Part shown: piece by piece, positions 16,137 through 33,882 of the stretch
Numbering within the stretch: position 1 is the stretch's first letter
How the letters are laid out: each line of letters starts with the position of its first letter
From: Blastocystis sp. Blastoise
Lineage: Eukaryota; Protista; Bigyra: Opalinata
Direction: 5' to 3'
NCBI GenBank assembly: GCA_039096225.1
Contig: JBBPEB010000024.1
Location: 688,297-752,296, forward strand
DNA length: 64,000 nucleotides
Notes under the pieces: generated by a model
What the model was told of the DNA's origin: nothing
What the model saw: the letters and a program-made list of their open reading frames with translations, nothing else
The model's database searches: none
Position numbers and translations under genes: made by a program

Positions 16137-17927
16137 TTATATTGGTTTTCCCCAAACTTCATAATCATCAACTAAAAAGTTATTTTTCACTTGAAATGAA
16201 TCAGTATTAACAAATAAAGCACTTTTTTGAAATGTATTTACTTCAGCAAATGATTTAGCAATGCAATAAGATCGAGTATTATTATTACATTGATTTGAAA
16301 TAAATATTTCATGTGTTTTATACCCAAAACGAGGACCAAAAGTAGAATTATCATATTGCTTTCTATTACTATTATCACGACCTTTATTACCTTCATAACG
16401 TTTATTATTAATAAAATTATATTTAGTAGGAGGAATATCATGCTCATTACTTAGTGTAAAGATAAATCCACCATAACATAAATTGTCTATATATATATAG
16501 AAAGTATTATATGTTATATATATATATATATATATATAGAGAAAGAGAGAATAAGAGATAGATTATTATATGTTATATATATAATATATATATATATATA
16601 CCATCTGAATCAGCCCAATCTTGATCAGTATATCCTCCAAATATATTAATGTGACTATTATGACCTATATGCTTAATAAATACTACTGTTTCTCCTTTAT
16701 TATCACAATATCTATGGAATTCTTTTGCAGAATAAAAATGATCACTTGCTCTAAATAATATATAATATATAATATATAATATATAATATATAATATATAA
16801 TATATAATATATAATATATAATATATAATATATAATATATAATATATAATATATAATATATAATATATAATATATAAAAAATAACAAATATATATATACC
16901 TAAATAATAGTTTCCATTTTGTATCTTTTCCAAGCCAATTCATTAAAGAGTTTTCATAAGTTTTTTTCTCTATAATTTCAGATTCACTAAATATAGTTGG
17001 TTTTCCCGCTATTGCTTCTTTTACAGCGTTTATTCCATTATTGCCAAATATACTATACATTTCATTCTCTAATAAAGTTAATGTTTCATCAGTAAATGTA
17101 TTTTCTTCAATACTCATATATCCATTCTTTATATAATCATTAATATAATCAATATATTTATAATTCATATTCATATATAATCTATTTTTCTTTTCATCAA
17201 AATCAACATAACCATTACAATAATTCTGAATATAGGATCTCCATAACCCATGATTCTTCAAATAATCGCGAATATCTTTATTCTTATATTTATTAACATA
17301 AAGAGTAACTTTATCACCATCTTCATATTTTTTAGAATTATTAACACGAAGAGAACATCTCACTAGTTCTTCAGGAATAGGTAATTCACAAAAACGAAAT
17401 AAATCTAATAATTCCATCTGATCATTAGGTTGTAATTGATCTATATTAATCGATTTGTTCATCAATGAATCGATTAGTAAAGGTGCATATATATCACCAG
17501 AAGGAAAATCTAAATAAATAGTACCATATTTTGTTCGTTGATCTTCTTGAGATAATTCTAAAATATAACTACCAAATAAACTATTAACAACTTTTTTTGG
17601 AAGTGAATATAAAACATCACTACCAGTAAATTGAATGTAATCCATATCATTATCTTCATCTAGTTCTATTTCATCATTAGATTTCGGAATATATGAAGGT
17701 TCTTGAATAATTATTTTTGAATTATTCTCTTCACTTATCTCATTCAAATCTCCATTATTTAAATAATTGCTCAATAATCCATTGATTGAATCACCAGAAT
17801 GAATACAAAAGCTTATTGATTTACTTAAGATTCCAATTAAATCACTAATCAATCTTTCAAAGTGAATCACATCATTTTGAATATTGCTTATCTTATTCAT
17901 ATCAAAATGAACTTTTTCTTTCACCAT
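16137..17927 (-). CDS. BTB-like + TLDc domain protein (paralog 3)
   Basis: Starts MVKEKVHFD. Motifs WKLLFR/ASDHFYSAKEFHRYCDNKGETV, IFGGYTDQDW, FIFTLSNEH, FGPRFG. Ends DDYEVWGKPI-TAA. Confidence 0.85.
16756..16875. repeat. Intronic 7-bp tandem repeat (TAATATA)n
   Basis: Direct reading. It explains the spurious YILYIIY ORFs. Confidence 0.9.
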
Positions 17928-17968
17928 TTCGTTTTTGTTCTAACTCAATATGAAATGAAAAAATAAAT

Positions 17969-18491
17969 TAAAGTCCCTGGAAAAAACCGGTCCTCTGGAA
18001 AAAACCGGTCCATTTTTTTTTAATGTTATTTTCATGTAAATAATAATTTTTTAACGGCAAAAAAATATATAACCACGATTTTTAAATTTTTTTTGTTTTA
18101 TACACAGTTTTATCAGCAACATCATTAATATGCGAGTCATCTATATTTCCTTCCATCACTTTTGCAGCACATACCATGATAATAGTTGATTGTCACTTCA
18201 ACCTGACTTAAATTGACTTATCGAGAATAAATAAGATTACACTGTCAAAATATAATATTATATCGCAGATTTTGGTGATAATTACCACATAACAATTCTG
18301 TCAAGTGATATGGGAAGTGGATGACATATATAGTAATGATTATATAAACAAAAATGTTTATAAAACAAAAAAAATGAAAAATCGTGGTTATTTTGTTTTT
18401 GTGGTTAAAAAAAACCGTATTTACATGAAAATAACATAAAAAAAAAATGGACCGGTTTTTTCCAGAGGACCGGTTTTTTCCAGGGACTTTA
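17969..18491. mobile_element. Non-autonomous foldback/MITE element with ~200-bp inverted arms and a probable TA target-site duplication (Tc1/mariner-like)
   Basis: Ends TA|AAGTCCCTGGAAAAAACCGGTCCTCTGGAAAAAACCGGTCC and GGACCGGTTTTTTCCAGAGGACCGGTTTTTTCCAGGGACTT|TA. Arm similarity decays inward. No coding capacity. Confidence 0.85.
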
Positions 18492-18810
18492 TTTGTATAA
18501 AGAATCATCAAGCAATAACTCCTAAGAAGAAGTTATTAATCATCATAAAAAATAAAATTCCCCTGATTATTTCAAGTTTCTCGTTTCTATGTTTCTTCAA
18601 AATGAAATACAAACTTTTTTTAAAAACAAGTTTCATTTTTTCTATGCTTTTATTAAAATTCATAAAACATATGCATTTTATTTATAGAATATAGGTTTGT
18701 TCGTATATTATTGTTGATCATTTTTTTATAAAATACGTATTCTTTATGTCATTCTACCATTTGCATTTCTTTTATAGTCCTTTTCGTTGTAAATAAGTTT
18801 GTTCAACAAT

Positions 18811-23189
<4,379 letters not shown>

Positions 23190-23897
23190 TAGATTAATAA
23201 ACATTATGTAATATTATCTATATATATTTTGTAATATGTTTATATTTAAATACATTAACTATTTCTTATATATTTGGTTATTATAATACAATTGCTTGTC
23301 TTTCTTTAAATATATATTTTATCATCCATACAAAAAATGTTAGTTACTTTTTTTATTTCATTATGGTCCATTTATTATATATTTTTTTATTTTTATTTTT
23401 TATATTTAAAAAAAAATTCTCTTAATTTATTCTTGCCTTTATTTTTACTACTATTCGATAAATAATAATTCAAATTTCAACTTTTTTTATATTTTTATTT
23501 ACTTAGCTAATAAATTTACACAAAACATTAAGATGATTAACAAAATCAAATAAAAACAAACTAATCAAATTTTTTACTCATTTTCATAATTATCGTTTAT
23601 ATCATAAACATAATAATTTCTTTATTCAACAAAACAAACAATATATTTTTCTAAAAATCGATCACTTGTTTTATAAAATTTACATAAATTATTCTTATAT
23701 ATGATGGTACATTTGATATATATTGAATTTGAAATTAACTTTATCAGTATTAATTACTTTTATCATTCTGTTTTTGACGTAATAAAAGTATATAATTCAA
23801 TTTTTATCATTGCCAAAAAACTATATGAAAATATTCATTTGGCGTTTTGTTTTGTGAAAAAAGAAAATATTGACTCGTTTTATATTGTATATTTTTG

Positions 23898-25307
23898 AAT
23901 TTACTTTTATTCATTTATTATTTTTGATAAAAAAAAATAGAATTATTATAAATTTGATATAATATAATGATATATTATAAGCTGTTTAGAAATATCGAAA
24001 AAGTAGGAATAAGATCGAGAAAAAATAATTATTATTTTTAAATATTTTTTAAATGATAACAAATACTTAATAAAAACATTTTAAGAATAAAAAATAATGA
24101 ATAAATTATTCAAGATTAGTCTTTGAAATAATTAAAAAAAATAATAATAATAAAATATCATAAAGTGAATCAGAATTCTTAAAAATCTATTTGAATTGAA
24201 ATTAGAATTATAAACATCAAATTTTATATTTATTTAATAATAAATTCATCATCATTTATAATAATTATTTAAAGAATCATCAATTATAATTAGAGCGGTT
24301 CAAAAGTTTCGACAAAAATTGCGAAAAAGTTGTGACAATTTTTAAACATTATTTTTATAAACAAAACTAATTTTTAATAAAGAAAACATAAATAAAGCAT
24401 ATAAAATACAAATTATAAATTAATAAAGAAAAAATTTAATCAAGATTGATCTCTGAAACATTACTAAAAGTAAATAAATTATCAAAAGAAATTGATAAAA
24501 TATCATCAAGAGAATCAGATAAAACACTATTTGAATTGAAATTTGTACTTTTTTCTTCATTTTCATGTTCATTTGATAATATTTCATTATCATCTATAAT
24601 TGTCATTGAAGAATCATTAATTGTAGTATCTATTTCATCTTCAATAATAATTGAATTATTTTGAATTGAAACATTATCTGTTTGTGGATTCATATAGAAA
24701 AATAAATCTCTAAACAAATTATCATCAGAATAACCAAATTTATTCTTTGTAAATAAAATATTCATAAAAGAGAAATATCATTCTACACTAACAGTAGTAG
24801 AAGGTAATTGAAGAATGAAAGGAATTATTTTAGAAATAGAAGGAATTTGTTTAAGAAGAGGAAAATAGAATTTTATCATTTGTTCTTTACTTATCATATT
24901 TTGAGGAAAACATTCATTTTATTTCTTTTCAATATCTATAAAATCTTTCAATTTTGAAACACATAATAAATAATCTTTCTTTTCAATATTTAAAAATAAA
25001 GATAAAGTGAAAGAAGGAAATGAAGAAGACATTAAGAAAGGATTGAAATATTTTACTTCATTATAAAATATCATTTGTTTCTTATTCATTGTTTTGATTT
25101 CTTTCAATTTTAATAATGTATTCGTAAAACCTATTTAATATAAATAATAATAATAATAATAATAAATATACTTTTCTTATATTCTTGAATAAATGAAGAT
25201 TGAACATTTGATAAATTATTTTCTTCACATATTTCATTCACTATCATAATTATATTATCTTTTGAATTCTTCAATTCTTCTTCAATTCCATCTATCAAAC
25301 TAGAAAC
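23898..25307 (-). repeat. Left arm of an inverted duplication of 28046-29459 (3' part of hAT transposase, TIR and flank)
   Basis: Reverse-complement match. ORFs 24436-24765(-) and 24919-25107(-) mirror the C-terminal parts of 28460-28921 and 27836-28438. Confidence 0.92.
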
Positions 25308-27005
25308 TAGAGCGGTTCAAAAATTGCGACAAAAGTTGCGACAAGTTGCGACAAAAGTTGCGAAAAAGTTACGACAAGTTGCGACAGCTGTGACACATTT
25401 TATATGTTATTTGTAAGCCATATATTTATTATATTTTATATTTAAATTAGAGCGGTTCAAAAGTTGCGACAAATCGAGTTGCGACAAATTTCACAACTTG
25501 TCGCAACTTGTCGCAATTTGTCGCAACTTTTTTTAACCAAGAATAATGGCGAGAGTACCGTGAATATTTTATTAATTTGGCAACTAAAAAAGACTTGTTT
25601 AAAAAATAGATTCAGTGTCGCAATTTGTCACAACTTTGTCACAACTTTTCATTTAAACATATATTCAATTAATATTTTATATAATAGAATATTTCATTAT
25701 ATGAATTAAGTAGTGATGAATACATTTACAAAATTTCATTTTATAAAAATGAGAAGATCATATGAAATGAATTAAAGAAAGAATTCAAAATATTTTGAAC
25801 AATTTTTTTCCAGTCAAAAATTTGATTTATTTACGGGATAAAACTATTTTTGACTCATTTTTGAAATTCAATTTTTTAATGACAATTCAAATGAATTTCA
25901 ATTTTATTTTCTTCGCATTATTTATCCATTTTCAATTGAAATCATATTTTGTATTATTTATAGTATTTAATAATGTGAATGATTTCATTAATACATTGAT
26001 TTTAAACCATTTTGAACTGAATTTATTTTTATCAGCTCATTTTATCATCTAATTAAGATTATTATATTTATAATTGATTCTTAATTATCATATAGATACA
26101 TATTTATATCATAATGATTCATTATATGATGTTTAAGGAAGAATGTTAAAAATTGAATTTTGATGAAATGAAATTATTTGAATATATATGTTATCAATAG
26201 CTCATTATTAGCTCATTATGAAGAAATGAATCATTTTAAAAATACTTTTATACTTAATGAGTTCATTTTGTCTTCAATGAAGCTTTTATGACATTCAATT
26301 CTTCACTTTTTATATTTAATAACATTATTTTGATAATATAAAAATAATATAATACTTTAAAAATCGTTAAAAGATTGTTAAAATGATTAAAATAAGTATA
26401 TTTATCTAATGAATTTTTCTTATGAATTTCAAAAATTTCATTTTTTTAGTGTTTAAAACGCTTATTAAGGTTATTAAACTTATTATTAATTTATTTAAAA
26501 ATTATTTATGTAATCATCATGAAAATATCTTTATAATTATATATTTAAATATATAATATAATAAATATATGACTTACAAATGAGATATAAAAAGTGTCAC
26601 TACTGTCTTAACTTGTCTTAACTTTTGTCGCAACTTTTGAACCGCTCTATCTATGACATTCAATTTTTCACTTTTTATATTTAATAACATTATTCTTATA
26701 ATATAAAAATAATATAATATTTTTAAAATCGTTAAAAGATTGTTAAAATGATTAAAATAACGATATTTATAGAATAAATTTGACTTTAAAAATTCAATTT
26801 TTAGTGTTTAAAACGCTTATTAAGAGTATTAAACTTATTTTTAATTTATTTAAAAATTATTTATGTAATCATCATGTAAATCTGTCTATAATTATATATT
26901 TAAATATATAATATAATAAATATATGGCTTACAAATGAGATATAAAAAGTGTCGCAACTTTGTCGCAACTTGTCGCAACTTTTTCGCAACTTTTGAACCG
27001 CTCTA
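25308..27005. mobile_element. Non-autonomous hAT-family element(s) with TAGAGCGGTTCAAAA termini and TTGCGACAA subterminal repeats
   Basis: TIRs start at 25308 and 25448; inverted TIRs end at 26649 and 27005. The right end is tandemly duplicated (26287-26649, 26652-27005). 25308-25447 is an inverted copy of that right end. Confidence 0.85.
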
Positions 27006-29066
27006 GATATGCATATCTCTAATATGAATTCATTCATGAAAGAAAAGTCTGCTATTGTATCTTCTGTAAAGAAAACTAATATAAAAAATAGAATTATTGA
27101 ATCTAATGTGAATTATGTAAGATTTGAAAAATTGATAGAATTATTTTTAGAAGAATGTATTCCTATTAATAAATTCAAGAAACCTCAATTTAGAATGAAT
27201 TTGAAAAATATATTTGAAATGAATAATAATAATATACCTTGTTATAATACTATTCAAAAACGAATTATTCCTAAATTATATGATGAACGTCTTCAATATG
27301 TAAAAATGAATTTAGATAAATGTCCTCTAGCTGTTCTATGTGATTCTTCTACTTCAGATGCTGGTTCTAATTATTTATCAATAATCGTAAGAAGATTGAA
27401 TTCTTTCAATTTGAATGAACCTTTCTACTTAATAAACTTGAAAAGAATGGAAAATCAAAAATCAAATAATTTTCTTTCTATCATTCAAGATACATTAGAA
27501 GAATGGAATATTAAAAGAAAACAATTTAAATCGTTTCATACAGATAACTGTAATACTATGCGAAATGCTGGTAATAATTATGAATCGATTTTTTGTGATG
27601 GAATTTATTGTGGATGTTTTATGCATATGATTAATTTAGTAGCTGAAAAACTAAAAGATGGTTTTATTAATACGAAATCATTTATTAATCTCATTAATTC
27701 ATCATTTCGTTTCTTTAGAAAGAAAAATGATTTATGGTTATCCTTTTTAAAGATAAATAATATTCCTTCGTCTTCTTTCTTTTCTTATTTAAAGAAACAC
27801 GATGGATATCTTGGTATAAATCTTTAAGATATATTTTGAAATATTTTAAATATTTGAAATCATTCTATGAATATTTAGAAACATTGGATATGTTAAGTGA
27901 AAAAGATAAAGAAATATTGAATATTCTTCAAGATAATCAATTATCTTCTTCTTTACAAATCGAAATGTCGATTCTTTTGAAGAGTGGAATAATGTTTGAA
28001 AAAATATTAAAATTATTATCCAATGATAATTTTCAATGTTGTAATGTTTCTAGTTTGATAGATGGAATTGAAGAAGAATCGAATAATTCAAAAGATAATA
28101 TAATTATGATAGTGAATGAAATATGTGAAGAAAATAATTTATCAAATGTTCAATCTTCATTTATTCAAGAATATAAGAAAAGTATATTTATTATTTATTA
28201 TTCATTTATTATTTTATATTATATAGGTTTTACGAATACATTATTAAAATTGAAAGAAATCAAAACAATGAATAAGAAACAAATGATATTTTATAATGAA
28301 GTAAAATATTTCAATCCTTTCTTGATGTCTTCTTCTTTTCCTTCTTCCACTTCATCTGAATTTACAAATATAGAAAAGAAAGATTATTTATTATGTGTTT
28401 CAAAAATGAAATATTTTATTGATAATGAGAAGAAATAAAATGAATGTTTTACTCACAATATGGTAAGTAAAGAACAAATGATAAAATTCTATTTTCCTCT
28501 TCTTAAACAAATTCCTTCTATTTCTAAAATAATTCCTTTCATTCTTCAATTACCTTCTACTACTGTTAGTGTAGAAAGATCTTTCTCTTTTATGAATATT
28601 TTATTTATAAAGAAGAAATTTGGTTATTCTGATGATAATTTATTTCGAGATTTATTTTTCTATATGAATCCACAAACAGATAATGTTTCAATTCAAAATA
28701 ATTCAATTATTATTGAAGATGAAATAGATACTACAATTAATGATTCTTCAATGACAATTATAGATGATAATGAAATATTATCAAATGAACATGAAAATGA
28801 AGAAAAAAGTACAAATTTCAATTCAAATAGTGTTTTATCTGATTCTCTTGATGATATTTTATCAATTTCTTTTGATAATTTATTTACTTTTAGTAATGTT
28901 TCAGAGATCAATCTTGATTAAATTTTTTCTTTATTAATTTATAATTTGTATTTTATATGCTTTATTTATGTTTTCTTTATTAAAAATTAGTTTTGTTTAT
29001 AAAAATAATGTTTAAAAATTGTCACAACTTTTTCGCAATTTTTGTCGAAACTTTTGAACCGCTCTA
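27006..29066 (+). pseudogene. hAT-superfamily transposase, 5'-truncated and disrupted, followed by its TIR
   Basis: Motifs LAVLCDSSTSD, FHTDNCNTM, CFMHMINL (CxxH), ETRWISWY (out of frame, ~27795) and LQLPSTTVSVERSFS. Frameshift near 27785, in-frame TAA at 28436-28438, intron 28182-28226, TIR ending at 29066. Confidence 0.88.
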
Positions 29067-30113
29067 ATTATAATTGATGATTCTTTAAATAATTATTATA
29101 AATGATGATGAATTTATTATTAAATAAATATAAAATTTGATGTTTATAATTCTAATTTCAATTCAAATAGATTTTTAAGAATTCTGATTCACTTTATGAT
29201 ATTTTATTATTATTATTTTTTTTAATTATTTCAAAGACTAATCTTGAATAATTTATTCATTATTTTTTATTCTTAAAATGTTTTTATTAAGTATTTGTTA
29301 TCATTTAAAAAATATTTAAAAATAATAATTATTTTTTCTCAATCTTATTCCTACTTTTTCGATATTTCTAAACAGCTTATAATATATCATTATATTATAT
29401 CAAATTTATAATAATTCTATTTTTTTTTATCAAAAATAATAAATGAATAAAAGTAAATTAAATATATATATAAAAAACTAAACTGAAAACAATTTGTTTT
29501 GCTACAAATTTTTATGACAACTACTTTGTGTTCATTCCATCTAATGATCTGAGAGGGCACTATTTATATGCTAACTATTTGTTAAGATTTCACGATTATT
29601 AAAAATAATTTTTACAACTTTTAATAACTTCTTAACTCTTTTCAAAGAAACAGTACATTGTTCTTATAAAATGTTTAAAAAGGAAATTTTTGTTGATTCT
29701 TCCAATAAATTAAGAAAAATGAATCTAAAATATATATATATTTTCTTTGTATATTAAATAATAGTAGTCAAATTGTAACATATTCATGTTACAACTACTT
29801 CAGGCTATCATTGTGTTTAATACAATTTTACAGAAATATTTGATATTTTAAATGAAACTCAGTAAATAGAATATAATAAATGTATTCACAATAAACAAAA
29901 AAATATATACTGCATATTAAATAATATAGTATACTTGTTATCACAATATACATTATGTTTATTGATTATTATTCAATTACTTTTATAATAAGCAAATACA
30001 TTATTTGTCAGTTTAACTAATAGAAATACTTAGAAGGTAAAAAAAAATAAAAAAAAATAATAATTGAATATAATAATATAAAAACATTAAATATGTATAT
30101 ATTTAGAAAAATA

Positions 30114-30979
30114 TTATTCCAAAATATTCTCGAGTTTATAATTTACATGATTTTCCTGAATAAATGAAGAATCCTTTAATTGTTGTTTATAGATATCAAT
30201 TTGTTCATATGAAATACCTTCACCTAAATAATATAATATTGATATAAATAACTATAAAAATAACTATGTGCATACAGATGTTACAATCAAAATATTTCAA
30301 TTGAGGGACTCTTCCAGTAGTTATAAACCCAATAAATTTTGATAATTGTTCTTGACTATAAATATATATTTTTAAACTTTTAATTTTTTGAGTTTTATTT
30401 TCGTTTATACAGTCGAGTAATGTTTCTATCTCAAATTTATTAATCAATTGATCTATATATATAAATGCATAATACATGAGTTTAACATATATATACATTT
30501 TGTACCAACTAATGTATCTATACATGAATTAGTATCATATTTATATCGAAGAATAGAAGTATTAGGATTATATATATAATAATTATTATTAGAAACCATC
30601 GTATCTATATAATAATAGCATTAATAAATATGAATATAATAATTATTAGTAACATACTGATTATTTGAATAATAGTTGATTTCGGAAAATTATTATTATT
30701 AATTTTTTCAAATAACTTTTGAATAAAAGAAACAGTCCGTTCTCTATAGCAACGTTTATCTATATATATAATAATAATAATAAAATAAATATAATCATTA
30801 TATAATAAAAAATATATATAAATATGAATGATATATAAAATAAAAATACTAATAGTATTAATATATACCAAGTTTGATATATTGTAATTGAGGGAAATTG
30901 GTAGTAGTATATAGTTCACAAAAGCGATCACCAAGTATATCCTGAATTATTATTGGAATGAAGTAGTATTTTAAAAATA

Positions 30980-31011
<32 letters not shown>

Positions 31012-33882
31012 CGTAGAATGAATTTGGTTGTATTATGAAAATAACCTTTAGGAATTAATTGGTTTATAAAAAACGAATTACCTTTATATAATAATAGTTT
31101 AATTATATATATATATATAAATAATTACATTTTATTTTAACAATAGAAGCCTTAGGAATTAATTTCATCATAATATTTTCATATCCAGTTAAATATTCAG
31201 AAGATAAGTCTTTAATACGTACTATATATATATTCATATGTTTTATAATATAATATACAGTTAATTGTTAATTTTTGAATAGTATGAAACGTATTGTCAT
31301 TAAAAAGAGTTGAAATCCATGTTAAATATTCTATATTTATATCTCTAATAACTATAGATTTTAATACAAAACATAATAAATATATCTATATAAATAGAAA
31401 ATACATGTAACAGTTAACTTATTCAAATGGTGTAATATATTACTCTTGAAGAATCTTTCTAAAGAATATTTTGTGTTAGTATCATATTCATCAGGAACTA
31501 TATATAAGCATTAATATTAGAATTATTATTAATTATATATTTATTAAATATAAATGAATACATTTAAAAGTAATATCTAAACAATTAATATTTCGTTTAT
31601 AATTCTCAAAATAATCTAATTTTTTGATATTTACAATATTAGAAGTATCAACTATATAAAATATAATAATATATATATGTTATTATTAAAAAATGATTAA
31701 ATAAATATTATATACTACAAAGTGTATTAACTGATATAAGATCTTTCTTTAATAATTCTTTTAAATGTGGAAAATCATATATTAATTTATCTATATAGAC
31801 AAGCAAAGATATATATTAATTTCGTATATATTCTTAAAGTCTAAAATGTATATAATATATATATATATATACCCACTACATCAATATGAATTGAATGATT
31901 ATAAGTTAGAGTATCTAAAAGAAGAACTATCTTTTCTTTTTGAGTATCTTCAATTTCATATATGCGAATAGTATCAATCATAGATAGTAAATTATCAGGA
32001 AATAGAAACTCAAAATTGTTGATTTCTAAAATATAATATTATATATATATATATAAAATATTTATATATATATAGGAATACTTAATATATATAAATACCT
32101 ATATCAATAGTGTAGTTTATAAAATGTAATTTTGGAAAATATTCTTGTTTTATTAAAGATAATTGAAATAATTGTATATATCTACTATCATCATAGATAA
32201 GTTCAGTAACATTTGGAAATACATGAGTTGTCATTATTTTTATAAATTGATTATAATCAATTTCTTTAGTAAGATATATAACTATATTAAATAATAATAT
32301 TGATAATAAATAAAAATAAATAAATACTCCAATGGATACTTAATATAGTTAAAGAATTGAAAACACCTTCTTCTAATGCTTTCAGAATAATTATAGATTC
32401 ATAGGTTAAACAACTATCTATATATATTATTTAGTTTATTATATATATTTATATACATGGATTTATACCAATTTTTGAAATAGAATAATATGAAAATAGA
32501 CTTAATAATTGAAATATACCTTGTTCAGATAATACTTTAGTTATACTATTGAATATATATATATTAGAATAAACTTAAAATATGAAATAATTGAAGTATA
32601 TACAAAAATGTTTTATCATTTGTTTTATCTATATATAAAAATAATAACTTAAATGACTTATAGTATATATATATATACCATCATATTCAATACTAACTTC
32701 ATCCTTAAATATACATTCACCTTCTGTTTCACTTATATCTGAATAATCATTTGTATATATACATTCATTAACTATATATTTATATAATTTAGGAAACTCA
32801 ATCTTTCGTTTTTTTCCATTATAAGAATCAATCAATTTATGTGAATAATATAAATGATTCATATCTAGAGAAGAGACCTTATTATATTCATTCATATTGG
32901 ATTCTGTGTAATACTCATATTGTTCAGGATTATTTATTTTATAGTAATATTTACCAAATAAGCGAGAATATTCCATTATATATTCATCACTATTTGGATT
33001 TAAGAATTGATCAGTTTTCTTATAATGTGTAACTACTATATAATATATTGATTAATATATAATATATATATACCAATTATCTTAATCTCTTTTAATAAAG
33101 GAAAAATATCTTTAATACACGATGGACATATATATTCTAATGGAATACTCGAAGAATATTGATCTATATTATTATTTATAGTATATAATATATATATACA
33201 TTCAATATTAATTTTAGTAACATTCATCATCTTAAAAAGAAGAGAATAATATAAGAATTCATCTTTTCTTTGGGGTGTCAATAATCCTATATATATATGA
33301 TATCCTTTATAAATAATACTATATATATAATATTCTTTATAAATAATCCTATATATATAATATTCTTTATAAATAAATAATATAATTACCTTTTATATAC
33401 ATGATTTTTGATTTAGAATTAAATAATTCTACAGGTATACTAATTTTATTTTCATTATTACATTTAGATATATAATAATTATTTTCTTTCATATATTTAA
33501 TGAATAATTCTTTAACATGAAATAATAAATCACCCTGTTTCTCATTATCAATTACAACTGAATATTCAAGAAGTGTTTTATATATATCATAACTATCTTT
33601 CAAATCTAATATAGAAATATCGACGTTTTCTTTCAACAAGAATTGAATCACTTTTTTCATATTTAATGAAGGTATATCTATATAATAACTACCATCATCA
33701 TATTTATCAGAGTGTTGAATGATATCATGAAAGGGTAATCGAAGATATTTCTCAATAAATCCTCTAGAAATCCATAATTGCGTCTCATCTTGAAATGTAA
33801 ATAAATCTAAAAATAAAATATATATTTTTATCCATATTTAAATACATTTCTCTTCGGTTAATTGAAGTTCAGTTGTTGACAT
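30114..33882 (-). CDS. Multi-exon BTB-like family protein with degenerate LRR-like repeats (paralog of the gene at 1-567)
   Basis: MSTTELQLTEEK/YLFTFQDETQLWISRGFIEKYLRLPFHDIIQHSDKYDDGSYYIDIPSLNMKKVIQFLL. Repeated FPxLxxI segments. Last exon GISYEQIDIYKQQLKDSSFIQENHVNYKLENILE-TAA. Confidence 0.75.

Noticed and set aside
25308-25650. CRISPR-like or iteron-like array of TTGCGACAA repeats
   Set aside because: The repeats are short and irregular, have no spacers and adjoin hAT TIRs, so they are subterminal transposase-binding repeats.
28436-28438. Genome-wide reassignment of TAA as a sense codon
   Set aside because: The host genes traced here and the RT ORF end in TAA, and long conserved ORFs such as CPSII have no internal TAA.
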